A stretch of 64,000 nucleotides of DNA from Candidatus Eiseniibacteriota bacterium (lineage in GTDB: Bacteria; Eisenbacteria; RBG-16-71-46; CAIMUX01; VGJL01), in contig CAWBWI010000001.1 in the NCBI GenBank assembly GCA_963792585.1, forward strand, positions 1,088,001 through 1,152,000, read 5' to 3'. Made by a program: the position numbers and the translations under genes. This document shows, one piece after another, positions 49,284-59,843 of this stretch. Position 1 is the first letter of the stretch; each line of letters begins with the position of its first letter. Under the pieces are notes generated by a model. The model made no database searches, was not told the DNA's origin, and saw nothing but the letters and a program-made list of their open reading frames with translations.

Positions 49284-51394
49284 CTAAAAGCCTCTGATCA
49301 GCCGCACGACCACGATGACGAGGGCGACGGCGACGAATCCGAGCAAATAGTTCTGGATCTTGCCGGTCTGGACCTTGCGGAACTGCCGGCCCCACGCTCC
49401 GATCAGGGCGGCGACGCCATTGACCGCCCCATCGACGACCCTGTTGTCGAACATGCCCACGACCCAGCTCAGCAGCCTCGTCAGGGTCGCCGAGCCGTTG
49501 ACGATCGCCGTCGATGACGACCAGATCGAACCACTCGAATGCGCCGGCGAGCAGGCAGAACGGGCCGCACCACGCCCGCCCAGGTAGATCTCGTCGATGT
49601 AGTACTTCCGGGTCAGGAGGTTGTGGAGGCCGCTGAGCCGGCGCCGTACCGCGTCCGCCGAGAACCGCTTGCGCCCGTAGAACGCGCCAGGACAGGAGGA
49701 TCCCGGCCGCCCGCCACGAGGATCGAACAGACCATGGCGATCAGGTGGGCGCGGTGCGCCGTCTCATGACCTCCCGCGTGCGCGCCCCCCTCGGTCGCTT
49801 CCAGCCCGTGCCCGGAAGCCGGCGCCGGCTCATGCCCCGCGGCGCCGTGAGGGGTCATCCCCGCTTCTTGAACGGCAAACTCCTCGTGCGCCCCGCTCGC
49901 GGGCGCCGCCTCAGCCGTACGGTAGGACGTAAGATCGGGCTCACGATGACCTTCTGGAACCAGCCGCCCCAGGCCGACCCGACGGCGAGGACGGCAAGCA
50001 CCACCAACGGGATCGTCATCACGCGCGGCGACTCGTGGGCGTGATCGAACCGGTGCTGGTCGCGCGGCACGCCGAGGAAGGTCATGAAGACGACGCGGAA
50101 CATGTAGAAGGCCGTCACCCCCGCCGTCAGCAGCAGGAGGATGAAGATGATCAGGTGGGCCGGCTGCTCCCAGCCGAACTCGAGCGCCGCGGCCAGGATC
50201 GCGTCCTTGCTGAAGAAGCCCGAGAGCCCCGGCACGCCGGAGATCGCCAGCGTGGCGATCAGGAAGGTCCAGAAGGTGATCGGCATCTTCCTCTTCAGCC
50301 CGCCCATCTCGGGCATTTCCTGGCGTGTGGACCGCGTGGATCACGCTTCCGCCGCCGAGGAAGAGGAGGGCCTTGAAGAAGGCGTGCGTCATCAGGTGGA
50401 AGATGCCGGCCATGTAGCCGCCGACCCCCAGCGCGCAGACCATGTAGCCGAGCTGCGAGATCGTCGAGTAGGCGAGCACCTTCTTGATGTCGGTCTGCAC
50501 GATCGCGATGGAGGCGGCGAGCATGGCCGTGATGAGCCCGATGTAGGCGATGAAGAGCATCGCGTCGGGCGCGAAGACGAGGAAGAGCCGGCCGACCATG
50601 TAGACGCCGGCCGCGACCATCGTCGCCGCGTGGATCAAGGCGCTGACACGGGCGTCGGGCCTTCCATCGCGTCGGGCAGCCAGACGTGCAGCGGGAACTG
50701 GGCGGTCTTGCCGATGGCGCCGAAGAAGAGGCCGATCCCCGCCGCCGTCAGAAGGCTGCCCGACAGCGCGCCGTCGGCGACGGCGCGGAAGAGGTCGTCG
50801 TAGTGGAAGGAGCCGATCTTCGCGTAGACGATCATGATCCCGATGAACATCCCGACGTCGCCGATGCGGGTGGTGATGAATGCCTTCTTCGCCGCCTCGC
50901 TGCGCCGATTTCTTCTCGAACCAGTGGCCGATCAGCAGGTAGGAGGAGAGCCCGACCAGTTCCCAGAAGATGTAGAGGACGAGCAGGTTGTCGCAGAGCA
51001 CGATGCCGAGCATCGAGAAGGTGAAAAGGCCCAGATAGGCGAAGTAGCGCGCGTAGCGCACGTCGTCGTGCATGTAGCCGATCGAGAAGAGGTGGACGAG
51101 GAAGCTGACGATCGTCACGACCATCAGCATGACGGCCGTGAGGTTGTCGAAGAGGATACCCATCCTCACCTGGAAATCGCCGAACCCGATCCAAGTGCTC
51201 CCGAAGTGGAGCCGGAAGTTCGGGTCCAGGTTCGGGATCGCCTTCACGAAGCAGAGCATGGAAATCAGCAAGGAGACCCCGAGCGCCCCCGTCGACAGCC
51301 AGTCGCCTCCCCGCGGCAGCTTCCGTCCAATGAAGATCTGGACGACGAAGGCCGCCAGCGGCACGAGCAGAATCAAGAGGAGATTCGTCAGCAT
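49284..51394 (-). CDS. nuoL: NADH-quinone oxidoreductase subunit L (several frameshifts)
   Basis: SIGYMHDD, WELVGLSSYLLIG, PLHVWLPDAMEGPTP, IKKVLAYSTISQLGYM, FHLMTHAFFKALLFL and QTGKIQNY motifs. Confidence 0.88.
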
Positions 51395-51409
51395 CCCGTG
51401 ACCCCTTCC

Positions 51410-51716
51410 CTATCCCCGCAACGTGTCGACTTCGTCGACGTCGATCGAGTTCGTCCGCTTGTACAGGTTCAGAACGATCGCCAGCGCGATCGCCGCCTCC
51501 GCCGCCGCCATGATGATCACGAAGAGGGCGAAGACCTGCCCCTTGATCCCCGGCGTGCAGATAGCGCGCGAAGGCGATGAAGTTGATGTTCGCCGAGTTG
51601 AGGATCAACTCGATCCCCATGAGGATCGTCACCGCGTTGCGCCGCGTGAGTACGCAGTAGACCCCGAGCACGAAGAGGATCGCGGCGATCGACAGGTAAT
51701 ACTGGAGGGGGATCAT
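51410..51716 (-). CDS. nuoK: NADH-quinone oxidoreductase subunit K (frameshift near 51550)
   Basis: [17 protein letters not shown], then [11 protein letters not shown]...LRG in a shifted frame. Confidence 0.88.
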
Positions 51717-52222
51717 CGCCGCACCTCCCTTCGGGCCATGAGCGCGGCCGCGACCAGAACGGCGAAGAGCAGAACGGAGATGACCTCGAACGGCAGCAGG
51801 AAGTCGGTCATCAGGTGCATCCCGATCGCGGGAGGCGTCGGGTGCACGGGCGGCCGATCCACGACCGGCCACGGAGTCCTGAAAATCACCGCGAGCATCA
51901 CGCCCAGCAGGGTCACGCAAATGAACCCGGCCCAGCCGCGCTGGAAGCTCGGGTTCTTCATCTCGAGAGTCGCCACCTTGTGCGTGAGCATCACGCCGAA
52001 GAGCAGGAGGACCAGGATCCCGCCGACGTAGATCATCACCTGAGTCGCGGCGAGGAAGTCCGCCTGCAGGACGCCGTAGAGCCCGGCCACCCCGAATAGC
52101 GTGAACAGCAGGGCGAAGATGCAGTGAACGATCGAGCGGGCGAATGCAACCACCGCCGCCGACCCCACAGTCATCACCGCGAACAGAAGAAAGATGCCGA
52201 GCCGGATCGAATCCGACATCAT
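51713..52222 (-). CDS. nuoJ: NADH-quinone oxidoreductase subunit J
   Basis: ADFLAATQVMIYVGGILVLLLFGVML and LLPFEVISVLL motifs. Confidence 0.92.
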   Translation of the reverse strand: MMSDSIRLGIFLLFAVMTVGSAAVVAFARSIVHCIFALLFTLFGVAGLYGVLQADFLAATQVMIYVGGILVLLLFGVMLTHKVATLEMKNPSFQRGWAGFICVTLLGVMLAVIFRTPWPVVDRPPVHPTPPAIGMHLMTDFLLPFEVISVLLFAVLVAAALMARREVRR

Positions 52223-52260
52223 CGTCCCCCCACCTCCACCGACCCGAGACCCGAGCCGGG

Positions 52261-52809
52261 CTACTCCTCCTTGGCGACCCCCGCATCCGTCGCAGGCGCC
52301 GCCGCGGCAGCTGCCGCAGCCGCTGCTTTCTCCGCCTGCTTGCGGGCAGCGATCTCCTTGTCCCGCTCGAGAGCGAACTCGAGGTACATGTCCTTCTTGT
52401 CCTGGACGGCCAGCTCGTACTCCTTGGTCATGGTCAGACACTCGGTCGGGCACGGCTCTGTGCAAAGACCGCAGACCATGCAGAGCGCCATGTCGATGTC
52501 GAACTGCGGGATCCACTGCGTGATCTTCGTGCCGTCGGAGGTGACGCCGTAGTCATCCTTGTCGCGCTTCACGATCTCGATGTGGATGCAGTTGACGGGA
52601 CAGGCCCGCGCGCAAGCGAGGCAGCCGATGCAGTCCTCGATCCGATTGTGCAGGATACCCCTGTAACGCTCGGGCAGCTGCCATCGAACGTCGGGGTACT
52701 CGAGAGTGATCGGCCTCTTGAATGCCTCGCGGCTCGTCACCCGCATCCCGATCAACGCGGTCGCGACGCCCTTGTACAGATCCGAGAAGTACTTCGCTAC
52801 GGCGCTCAT
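52261..52809 (-). CDS. nuoI: NADH-quinone oxidoreductase subunit I
   Basis: TLEYP, RYRG, CIGCLACARACP and CMVCGLCTEPCP motifs. Confidence 0.93.
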   Translation of the reverse strand: MSAVAKYFSDLYKGVATALIGMRVTSREAFKRPITLEYPDVRWQLPERYRGILHNRIEDCIGCLACARACPVNCIHIEIVKRDKDDYGVTSDGTKITQWIPQFDIDMALCMVCGLCTEPCPTECLTMTKEYELAVQDKKDMYLEFALERDKEIAARKQAEKAAAAAAAAAAPATDAGVAKEE

Positions 52810-52813
52810 CTCT

Positions 52814-53869
52814 CTATCTCCCGTGGAAGACCCACATCTGCACCCCCACGCCGATCAACAGAACGAAGGAGATCGGAATCAGGACTTTCCAGCAGACGTG
52901 CATCAGTTGATCGACGCGCAGGCGCGGCAGGGTCCACCGTAACCACATCATGACGACGACGAGCCCGAACGCCTTCGCGACGAACCAGACCGGCCCCGGC
53001 AGGATCTGCCAGGGCAGGAACGAGTTCCATGCGCCGAGGAACATCACGGAGGCGATCGCCGAGATGACGAAGAGGTTCGCGAACTCGGCGAGGAAGTAGA
53101 AGGCGAATTTCATCCCGCTGTACTCGGTGTTGTAGCCGGTCACCAACTCCGACTCGGCCTCGGGGAGATCGAAGGGGGTTCGGTTGATCTCCGCGAGCCC
53201 GGCGATGAAGTAGACGAATCCGGCGGCGAAGAGAAACGGCGAGCGGAACAGATTCCAGTGCCAGAACCCGCCGGCCTGCTGGCGGCCGATGTCGACCAGA
53301 TTCAGAGTCCCCGTGTACATGATGACCCCGATCAAGGAAAGGGCCACGGGGATCTCGTAGGAAATGATCTGGCTCGCGGCGCGCATCCCGCCATAGAGGG
53401 ACCATTTGTTGTTCGACGCCCACCCGCCCATGATGATCCCGATGACTCCAAGGGAACTGATCGCAAGGATGAAGAAGATCCCAATGTCGAGGTTCGCCGC
53501 GACGATTCCATCCCCGAAGGGGATCGCGACGAAGGTCAACATCGTCCCCAGAAAGGCGATCACCGGCGCGATGTTGAAGAGCAGGCGGTCCGCCGTGGCG
53601 GGGACCGTATCCTCCTTCATCAGGAGCTTCAGCGCATCGGCGACCGTCTGGGACCAGCCGAATTTCCCGCCCGTGTAGACCGGACCGATCCGGCTCTGGA
53701 TCCGAGCGGAGACCTTTCGTTCGAGCCAGACGAAGAACAGGGCGCAGATCGCCATCCAACCCACGGCGCAAAGGCTGAAGAAGACCATCGCCAGGAAGTA
53801 GGAAACCTCCGGCGGCATCCCCTGCAACGCAGCGGACCGGCTGATGAGCGCGTCAACCCACTCCTTCAC
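52814..53869 (-). CDS. nuoH: NADH-quinone oxidoreductase subunit H
   Basis: ERKVSARIQSRIGP, DALKLLMKE, GWASNNKW and NRTPFDLPEAESELV motifs. Confidence 0.95.
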   Translation of the reverse strand: MKEWVDALISRSAALQGMPPEVSYFLAMVFFSLCAVGWMAICALFFVWLERKVSARIQSRIGPVYTGGKFGWSQTVADALKLLMKEDTVPATADRLLFNIAPVIAFLGTMLTFVAIPFGDGIVAANLDIGIFFILAISSLGVIGIIMGGWASNNKWSLYGGMRAASQIISYEIPVALSLIGVIMYTGTLNLVDIGRQQAGGFWHWNLFRSPFLFAAGFVYFIAGLAEINRTPFDLPEAESELVTGYNTEYSGMKFAFYFLAEFANLFVISAIASVMFLGAWNSFLPWQILPGPVWFVAKAFGLVVVMMWLRWTLPRLRVDQLMHVCWKVLIPISFVLLIGVGVQMWVFHGR

Positions 53870-53894
53870 CTGCCACCCCTCCCTACCCGCTTCG

Positions 53895-55040
53895 TTAGCG
53901 GTCGATCTCGCCCAGCACGATATCGAGAGAGCCCAGAATCGCGACGAGGTCCGCGATCATGATGCCGTCGGAGATGGCGTCGACGATCGCGAGGTTCGTG
54001 AAACACGGCGAGCGCACCTTGAGGCGCCATATATTCGGCTTGCCGTCGCTCACGAGGTAATAGCCCAGCTCGCCCCGGGGATTCTCGACCCGGCAGTAGA
54101 CTTCTCCCTTGGGGCACTTGATGAGCTTCGGGGTCTTGGGGCTCAGGATGTCCCCTTCCGGGATCTGGGCAAGGCATTGGCGGATGATCTTCAAACACTC
54201 CGCCATCTCCCACATCCGCACGATGTAGCGATCCCATGTATCTCCGAGTTCCCCCTTCAATCCCCTGCCGACGGGGATATCGAAGTCGAGCCTCGGGTAG
54301 ATCGAGTAGGGGTCGTTCCTGCGGAGATCCCACTTCATCCCGCTCGCCCGCAGTGGCGGCCCCGTGATGCCGTAGTTGACGGCCATCGAGAGAGGGATGA
54401 TGCCGACGCCCGCGGTGCGCTCGATGAAGATCTTGTTGTACGAGAGCAGATCGTCGTAGTCCTTGAGCTTCGGCTCGAAGTAGTCGCAGAACTCGGCGAT
54501 CTTCTGCAGCATCTCGGGGGTCAAGTCCCCGCTCACACCGCCGATGCGGTAGTAATTGTATGTGAGGCGCGCTCCGCAGACCATTTCGAAGATGTCCAGG
54601 ATCTTCTCCCGCTCGCGGAACGCATAGAGGAGCGGGGTCGTGGCGCCGAGATCGTTCGCGAAGGTCCCGAAGGCGACCAGATGGCTCGCGATCCTGTTCA
54701 TCTCGGCGATGATGACGCGGATGTACTCCGCCCGCTCGGGGACTTCGAGTCCAAGAAGCTTCTCGACCGTGATGACGTAGCCGTGGTTGTTGTTCATCGC
54801 GGCCAGATAGTCCATCCGGTCGGTGTACGGGATCACCCCCGTGTAGCCGACTTTCTCCGAGTGCTTCTCGAAGCAGCGGTGGAGATAGCCGATGAACGGC
54901 CGCACCTTTCGCACGACTTCGCCGTCGGTCGTCAGCTCCAGGCGCAGCACGCCGTGGGTCGACGGGTGCTGCGGCCCCATCTGGAGGATCATCTCCTCGG
55001 TCTGCAGTTCGGGTGCTCTGGGTGTCCTGTCGATCGGCAT
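53895..55040 (-). CDS. nuoD: NADH-quinone oxidoreductase subunit D
   Basis: GPQHPSTHGVLRL, GYLHR, DRMDY, ENPRGELG and DIVLGEIDR motifs; no NiFe-binding CxxC. Confidence 0.95.
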   Translation of the reverse strand: MPIDRTPRAPELQTEEMILQMGPQHPSTHGVLRLELTTDGEVVRKVRPFIGYLHRCFEKHSEKVGYTGVIPYTDRMDYLAAMNNNHGYVITVEKLLGLEVPERAEYIRVIIAEMNRIASHLVAFGTFANDLGATTPLLYAFREREKILDIFEMVCGARLTYNYYRIGGVSGDLTPEMLQKIAEFCDYFEPKLKDYDDLLSYNKIFIERTAGVGIIPLSMAVNYGITGPPLRASGMKWDLRRNDPYSIYPRLDFDIPVGRGLKGELGDTWDRYIVRMWEMAECLKIIRQCLAQIPEGDILSPKTPKLIKCPKGEVYCRVENPRGELGYYLVSDGKPNIWRLKVRSPCFTNLAIVDAISDGIMIADLVAILGSLDIVLGEIDR

Positions 55041-55054
55041 CTTGATCGCCTCGC

Positions 55055-55535
55055 CTACGGCTTGTTCGTCACGCCCCGATAGGAATCGGGGTAGACATAG
55101 TCCTTGCGGAGCGGGTGCCCCTCCCAGTCGAATGGCAGGAGGATCCGCCGCAGATCCGGGTGTCCCTCGAAGACCACGCCGAACATGTCGAAGCACTCGC
55201 GCTCGTGCCAGTTGGCCATCTTCCAGGCCGGATCGACGGTCGGCACCCTCGGGTCATTGCGGTCGAGCTGCGCCTTGAGCACCAGCTTCCGACCGTGGGT
55301 CTGCGAATGAGAGGTGGTAGACCACCTCGATCCGATCGGGAGGGTAGTCGACGCCGGAGAGACACATCAGCCACTCGTACGAAAGGGCCGGATCGTCCCG
55401 CAGGAAGAGCGCGACCTCTCCCATCCTGGGCGGATCGATCACGAGAAACGGGTCACCCGCGAGCGCTGTCTCCAGGCTCTTCACGCTGCCCGGGAAGCGC
55501 ACGTTGAGCCGGTCGACGATCTCCTGCAACTCCAC
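55055..55535 (-). CDS. nuoC: NADH-quinone oxidoreductase subunit C (frameshift near 55305)
   Basis: LSGVDY...VVYHL, then [37 protein letters not shown]. Confidence 0.9.
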
Positions 55536-56051
55536 CTAAGCCTCCCCCACCACGATCGGGTTCTTCGCCCGCGCGATCGTCTTGTTCTTGATCACCCTGT
55601 TCTGCAGGTAAAGAAGCGCATCGAGCAGGGCCTCGGGCCGCGGCGGGCATCCGGTCACGTAGACATCGACCGGCACGATCTTGTCGACCCCCTTGAGGAC
55701 CGAGTAGCCGTGCTCCCAGTAAGGACCGCCCGCGTTGGCGCAACTCCCCATCGAGATCACGTACTTGGGCTCGGCCATCTGGTCGTAGAGGAGCTTCAGC
55801 CGCGACGCCATCTGGTGGGTCACGGTGCCCGCGACGACCATCAGGTCCGCCTGTCGCGGCGTCGCGCGGAATGGGCCGCTGCCGAATCGGTCGATGTCGT
55901 AGCGAGAGAAACCGGTCGCCATCATCTCGATCGCGCAGCATGCGAGACCGAATGAAAGGGGCCAGACGCTCGATCGCCGCGCCCAGTTGATGACGGTGTC
56001 GAGGCTGGTGACGACGATGCCGTCGTTGAGCTTGTCTTCTATAGGACTCAT
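55536..56051 (-). CDS. nuoB: NADH-quinone oxidoreductase subunit B
   Basis: [22 protein letters not shown] and GCPPRPE motifs. Confidence 0.95.
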   Translation of the reverse strand: MSPIEDKLNDGIVVTSLDTVINWARRSSVWPLSFGLACCAIEMMATGFSRYDIDRFGSGPFRATPRQADLMVVAGTVTHQMASRLKLLYDQMAEPKYVISMGSCANAGGPYWEHGYSVLKGVDKIVPVDVYVTGCPPRPEALLDALLYLQNRVIKNKTIARAKNPIVVGEA

Positions 56052-56482
56052 GGCCTGCCTCCCGAGGCAGTGACGTTGAAGTTCTTGGGGACCGGGGCGT
56101 CGACGTCGTGACGCCGCACCTCCGGACGAACCCACTCGAGATCACCCTTCTTCCAGACGTACGCAAGGGCCTCTAGCAGGCTGACGAGGAATATCAGCAG
56201 GTAGACGAAGGAGACGACTCCCATCTGCTTGTAGATCGTCGCCCACGGATAGAGCAAAACGATCTCCACGTCGAAGACGACGAAGATCAACGCGACAACG
56301 TAGAAGCGGATGTTGAACTTGATCCAGGGGCTGCCGACGGGGCGCTCGCCGCACTCGTAGATCGACTGCTTCTCCGCGCCCGGGCGGAAGGGGGCGACCA
56401 GTTTCGATAGCAGAAGGGTGAAGAGCGCAAACGCGACGCCGATGCCCATGAAAACCAAGACGGTCGCAAAATGGAAATCCAC
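56048..56482 (-). CDS. nuoA: NADH-quinone oxidoreductase subunit A
   Basis: [18 protein letters not shown] and WKKGDLEW motifs; GTG start after GGGAGG. Confidence 0.93.
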   Translation of the reverse strand: MDFHFATVLVFMGIGVAFALFTLLLSKLVAPFRPGAEKQSIYECGERPVGSPWIKFNIRFYVVALIFVVFDVEIVLLYPWATIYKQMGVVSFVYLLIFLVSLLEALAYVWKKGDLEWVRPEVRRHDVDAPVPKNFNVTASGGRP

Positions 56483-56521
56483 GGACCCCTCCCGGTTCGT
56501 TGCCGTCAAGCAAACACGATG

Positions 56522-56550
56522 AAGCTAAACGCGCGGTTCCAGGGTGTCAA
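56522..56550 (-). promoter_or_regulatory. Sigma70 promoter of the nuo operon
   Basis: Minus strand TTGACA-17 nt-TAGCTT, ~40 nt upstream of nuoA. Confidence 0.7.
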
Positions 56551-56604
56551 CATTCCACGGTGGGTTGGTTGCGATCGATCGCGCGCCCTGTTAGGTTTCC
56601 CGCG

Positions 56605-57159
56605 ATGGACCTGCACCCTCCACCCATGAGCGTGCGGCAGCGCGACCGCCTCGAGGAAACGTCCCCCGAAGGCGCGCGACTTCCGCTCCGCATCGTGCTC
56701 GACAACCTACGATCCGCCTTCAACGTCGGCTCGATCTTTCGAACGAGCGAGGGGGCCGGCGTGGAGCAGATCCATCTATGCGGGATCACTCCCTATCCAC
56801 CGAACCCCAAACTCGAGAAAACAGCACGTGGGGCCTGTGCCCTGGTTCCCTGGTCGCATCACGTCGACACGATGGAGGCGATCCGACTCCTCCGGACCCA
56901 AGGCTTTGCTCTAGCGGCCCTAGAGCTGACGGATCGGTCTGTGGATTACCGCAGCCTCCCCTACCCCAAACCCATCGCCTTCATCCTAGGACATGAAGTC
57001 GCCGGAGTCACCCGTCCAGTTCTGGAGGCCGCCGACTGGGTCGTCGAGATCCCCCTTCGGGGGCGCAAGAATTCCCTGAACGTGGCGACTACTTGCGGGA
57101 TCGTCCTCTTCGAGATCCTGCGTCAGTGGGACCTTTCGCGGCCCGAGTCCCAGCTGTAG
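56605..57159 (+). CDS. TrmH/SpoU family RNA methyltransferase
   Basis: VLDNLRSAFNVGSIFRT, LGHEVAG and EIPLRGRKNSLNVA motifs. Confidence 0.9.
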   Translation: MDLHPPPMSVRQRDRLEETSPEGARLPLRIVLDNLRSAFNVGSIFRTSEGAGVEQIHLCGITPYPPNPKLEKTARGACALVPWSHHVDTMEAIRLLRTQGFALAALELTDRSVDYRSLPYPKPIAFILGHEVAGVTRPVLEAADWVVEIPLRGRKNSLNVATTCGIVLFEILRQWDLSRPESQL

Positions 57160-57947
57160 GCAACCGAGTCCCAGCTCAATCCCGGCCCGCGGTTCGCGGG
57201 GGGTTCGACCACCTCTGCGAGAAGGACGGTGACGTTGTCGGGAGCGCCCGCGGCGAGCGCACGCTCGATTGCCAGGGTAAGCGCAGGGCCGATCGACGGG
57301 GCTTCCAGGAGCCCGGCGATCTCCTCCATGGGAAGGGCCTTCCCAAGCCCATCGGTGCAGAGCAGAAGACGATCTCCCGCGGTGAGCGCGAGCGGCCGCT
57401 CGGAGACATCGGGCGCGCAGGGAACCGATGGCCCGAGGAACCGGGTGAGCAACGCACCTTCGGGAGCGCGCTCCGCCTCATCGGCGTCGAGCCGGCCTGC
57501 GGCCACGAGTTCCCACGCGGCATTGTGGTCTTCCGTGAAGAGCCGGAGCACCCCCTCACGCTGCCACAGGAGACGACTGTCTCCGATGTTTCCGACCCAC
57601 GCCCCGTCTTCCTGCACGAGCAATGCGGTGAGCGTGGTTCCCATGCTCGCCAACCCGGGATGGAGGCGCGCATGCTCGCGCAGCCGATTCTGGGCCGCTC
57701 GGAAGATCTCGGCGAGACGCTCCCTGCCGGTTCGAGGAGGATCGGTTCGCCGAGCATCCTCGAGGCACGCCTCCACTGCCAGACGGCTCGCTACGTCTCC
57801 CCCCGGATGTCCGCCCATCCCGTCGGCGACGACCAGGAGGCAACCGCCCGCACAGGATGCGAGGGCGGCCGCGCCCCAGGTATCCTCGTTGCGGCGGCGC
57901 TGGCGTCCCACATCGGTCCTGCCGTCATATCGAATGTCGATCGCCAT
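57123..57947 (-). CDS. PP2C-family Ser/Thr protein phosphatase
   Basis: TDVGRQRRRNED, VADGMGG, MGTT, NIGDSR, TEDH, LLCTDGL and DNVT motifs. Confidence 0.9.
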   Translation of the reverse strand: MAIDIRYDGRTDVGRQRRRNEDTWGAAALASCAGGCLLVVADGMGGHPGGDVASRLAVEACLEDARRTDPPRTGRERLAEIFRAAQNRLREHARLHPGLASMGTTLTALLVQEDGAWVGNIGDSRLLWQREGVLRLFTEDHNAAWELVAAGRLDADEAERAPEGALLTRFLGPSVPCAPDVSERPLALTAGDRLLLCTDGLGKALPMEEIAGLLEAPSIGPALTLAIERALAAGAPDNVTVLLAEVVEPPANRGPGLSWDSVAYSWDSGRERSH

Positions 57948-58043
57948 GCCTCCTTTTGCCATCCCGCCGGCGTCCGGTAGAATCCGCATCCAAAGCCCCG
58001 CTGTCAACGGTCCTCGGGGCTCACGGGACGGGAGGGTGTTCTT

Positions 58044-59396
58044 TTGAAGTCGCGCAAACCGCTTCTGGTCATCTTCCTCACGATCTTTCTCGACCTGCTC
58101 GGTTTCGGCCTCGTCCTCCCCCTGCTGCCGCTCTACGCAGAGAGCTTCCGCGCCTCCCCCCTGATGGTGACCTCGATCTCCGCCAGCTACTCCCTGATGC
58201 AGTTCCTGTTCGTGCCGATCTGGGGCAGACTGAGCGATCGGGTCGGCCGGCGCCCGATCCTCCTGTTGAGCATAGCGGGAGCGTTGGCCGCTTACCTTCT
58301 GATGGGCTTCTCCCGATCCTTGGCAGGGCTCTTCCTCGCCCGGATCCTGTCGGGGATCGCCGGAGCGAACCTGAGCGTCGCGCAAGCCTACATCGCCGAC
58401 ATCACGCGCCCCGAGGATCGGGCGAAGGGAATGGGGATGGTCGGCGCCGCGTTCGGCCTCGGCTTCATCTTCGGGCCATTCATCGGCGGCACCCTCTCCA
58501 CCCTCCCGGTCTCATGGCTACCGCCGGGCCTCGCGGGTTGGCGGGCGAGCCTTCCCTTCTTCGCCGCCGCCTTGCTGGCGGCCGTGAACCTGATCTCGGC
58601 CTACGTGTGGCTGCCGGAGTCGCGACAGGTTCCGGGGAGCAACGTCGGGCAAGCCCGTCCGGGTATGACATGGAAGGCCCTCGCGCAGGCGCTCGCCCAC
58701 CCGCATCTCGGCTGGCTCATGGGGATCATGTTCTTCACGACCTTCGCGTTCGCGAACATGGAATCGACCTTCGTGCTCTGGATGGAACGAGCCCTGCCCG
58801 AGCGGATCGAGGCCGCGGCGCCGGATCGTCCAACACAGGAGGCGGTCGCGCAAACCCTCGATCCCGGGCGTTCCGCCCGTGAGCACATCGCGATGCCGCC
58901 CGGGCGGATCCACCATGTCGCGGGCGGCTCGGCGCGCAAGGCGGGCATGCTCTTCGCCTACATTGGAGTCCTGATGGTCGCGATGCAGGGCGGCTTGATC
59001 GGTTGGTTCAACCGCCGCTTCGGAGAACGAAAGCTCGTCGCCGCGGGCACCCTGCTCATGACCAACGGGCTCCTTCTCGCCCCGCTGTGCCACTCGATCC
59101 CACCGTTGCTCGGGGTCCTAGCGCTGCTGGCCGTGGGGAGCGGGCTCTGCGGCCCTGCCCTGCAGAGCCTCATCTCGCGGCGCGCCGGCGCCGACGATCA
59201 AGGCGGCGTGCTGGGTTTGAATCAGAGTCTGTCGTCGCTTGCGCGCGTCGTCGGCCCCCTGACCGCGGGATTCGTCTTCGGGCGGTTTGGGCCAAGCGCG
59301 CCCTGGCTCACCGGCGGCATCTTGATGGGAGCGACCTGCGTGGCAGCGATATGGGTTCTCTTCTTGCGCGAGAAGACCCCGGAAGCGGTGGTATGA
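58044..59396 (+). CDS. MFS transporter (TetA/DHA1-like)
   Basis: DLLGFGLVLPLLP, GRLSDRVGRRP, AYIADIT and AFGLGFIFGP motifs; TTG start. Confidence 0.9.
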   Translation: MKSRKPLLVIFLTIFLDLLGFGLVLPLLPLYAESFRASPLMVTSISASYSLMQFLFVPIWGRLSDRVGRRPILLLSIAGALAAYLLMGFSRSLAGLFLARILSGIAGANLSVAQAYIADITRPEDRAKGMGMVGAAFGLGFIFGPFIGGTLSTLPVSWLPPGLAGWRASLPFFAAALLAAVNLISAYVWLPESRQVPGSNVGQARPGMTWKALAQALAHPHLGWLMGIMFFTTFAFANMESTFVLWMERALPERIEAAAPDRPTQEAVAQTLDPGRSAREHIAMPPGRIHHVAGGSARKAGMLFAYIGVLMVAMQGGLIGWFNRRFGERKLVAAGTLLMTNGLLLAPLCHSIPPLLGVLALLAVGSGLCGPALQSLISRRAGADDQGGVLGLNQSLSSLARVVGPLTAGFVFGRFGPSAPWLTGGILMGATCVAAIWVLFLREKTPEAVV

Positions 59397-59452
59397 AAGA
59401 GCCCGCAGATCTGCATCCGCGGGCTTCCTCTCATGCGATGACGAAGGATCGT

Positions 59453-59662
59453 CTAGGACTCGTCGTCGTCCTCGTCCAGTTCATCGTCTAGGTCTTCTTC
59501 GTCGTCCTCGAACTCGTCCTCGTCCCAGTCCTCGTCTTCCTCGAGGTCATCGAGGTCGTCGAGATCCTCGTCGTCCTCTTCTTCCTCTTCCAGATCGTCA
59601 TCTTCGAGGTCGTCGTCGTCCTTGCCCTTCAGACCGACCAGCTTCGTCCATTCATCTCGCAT
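59453..59662 (-). CDS. Hyper-acidic 69-aa protein
   Basis: RBS GGAGGA; MRDEWTKLVGLKGK followed by a 55-aa tail with 45 Asp/Glu. Confidence 0.7.
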   Translation of the reverse strand: MRDEWTKLVGLKGKDDDDLEDDDLEEEEEDDEDLDDLDDLEEDEDWDEDEFEDDEEDLDDELDEDDDES

Positions 59663-59843
59663 GGATTTCCTCCGAGTCTCGAGCCCTTGCAACCGGCACC
59701 CACGGCCCGCCCCTGGCTATCGGCACGACATCGAGAAGTCCGCCGAAGAAAGCCGGGCAGGGGCAGTCGCGAGTTTTCAGATTGCCCCCGAAACTGTCAA
59801 GGAAAAGTTCGATCGCGGCGGGCGCCCGCCTATACTCGCCTCG

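Noticed and set aside
53895..56051. Group 4 NiFe hydrogenase instead of complex I
   Set aside because: The large subunit lacks both Ni-binding CxxC motifs and has the NuoD GPQHPSTHG and GEIDR signatures; nuoA, J and K are present.
58790..58940. Extra domain in the MFS transporter
   Set aside because: A ~45-aa low-complexity loop between helices with no motif; probably a variable linker.
59686..59705. Sigma54 promoter for the acidic microprotein (TGGGTGCCGGTTGC)
   Set aside because: The GG-to-GC spacing is 9 nt rather than the required 10.
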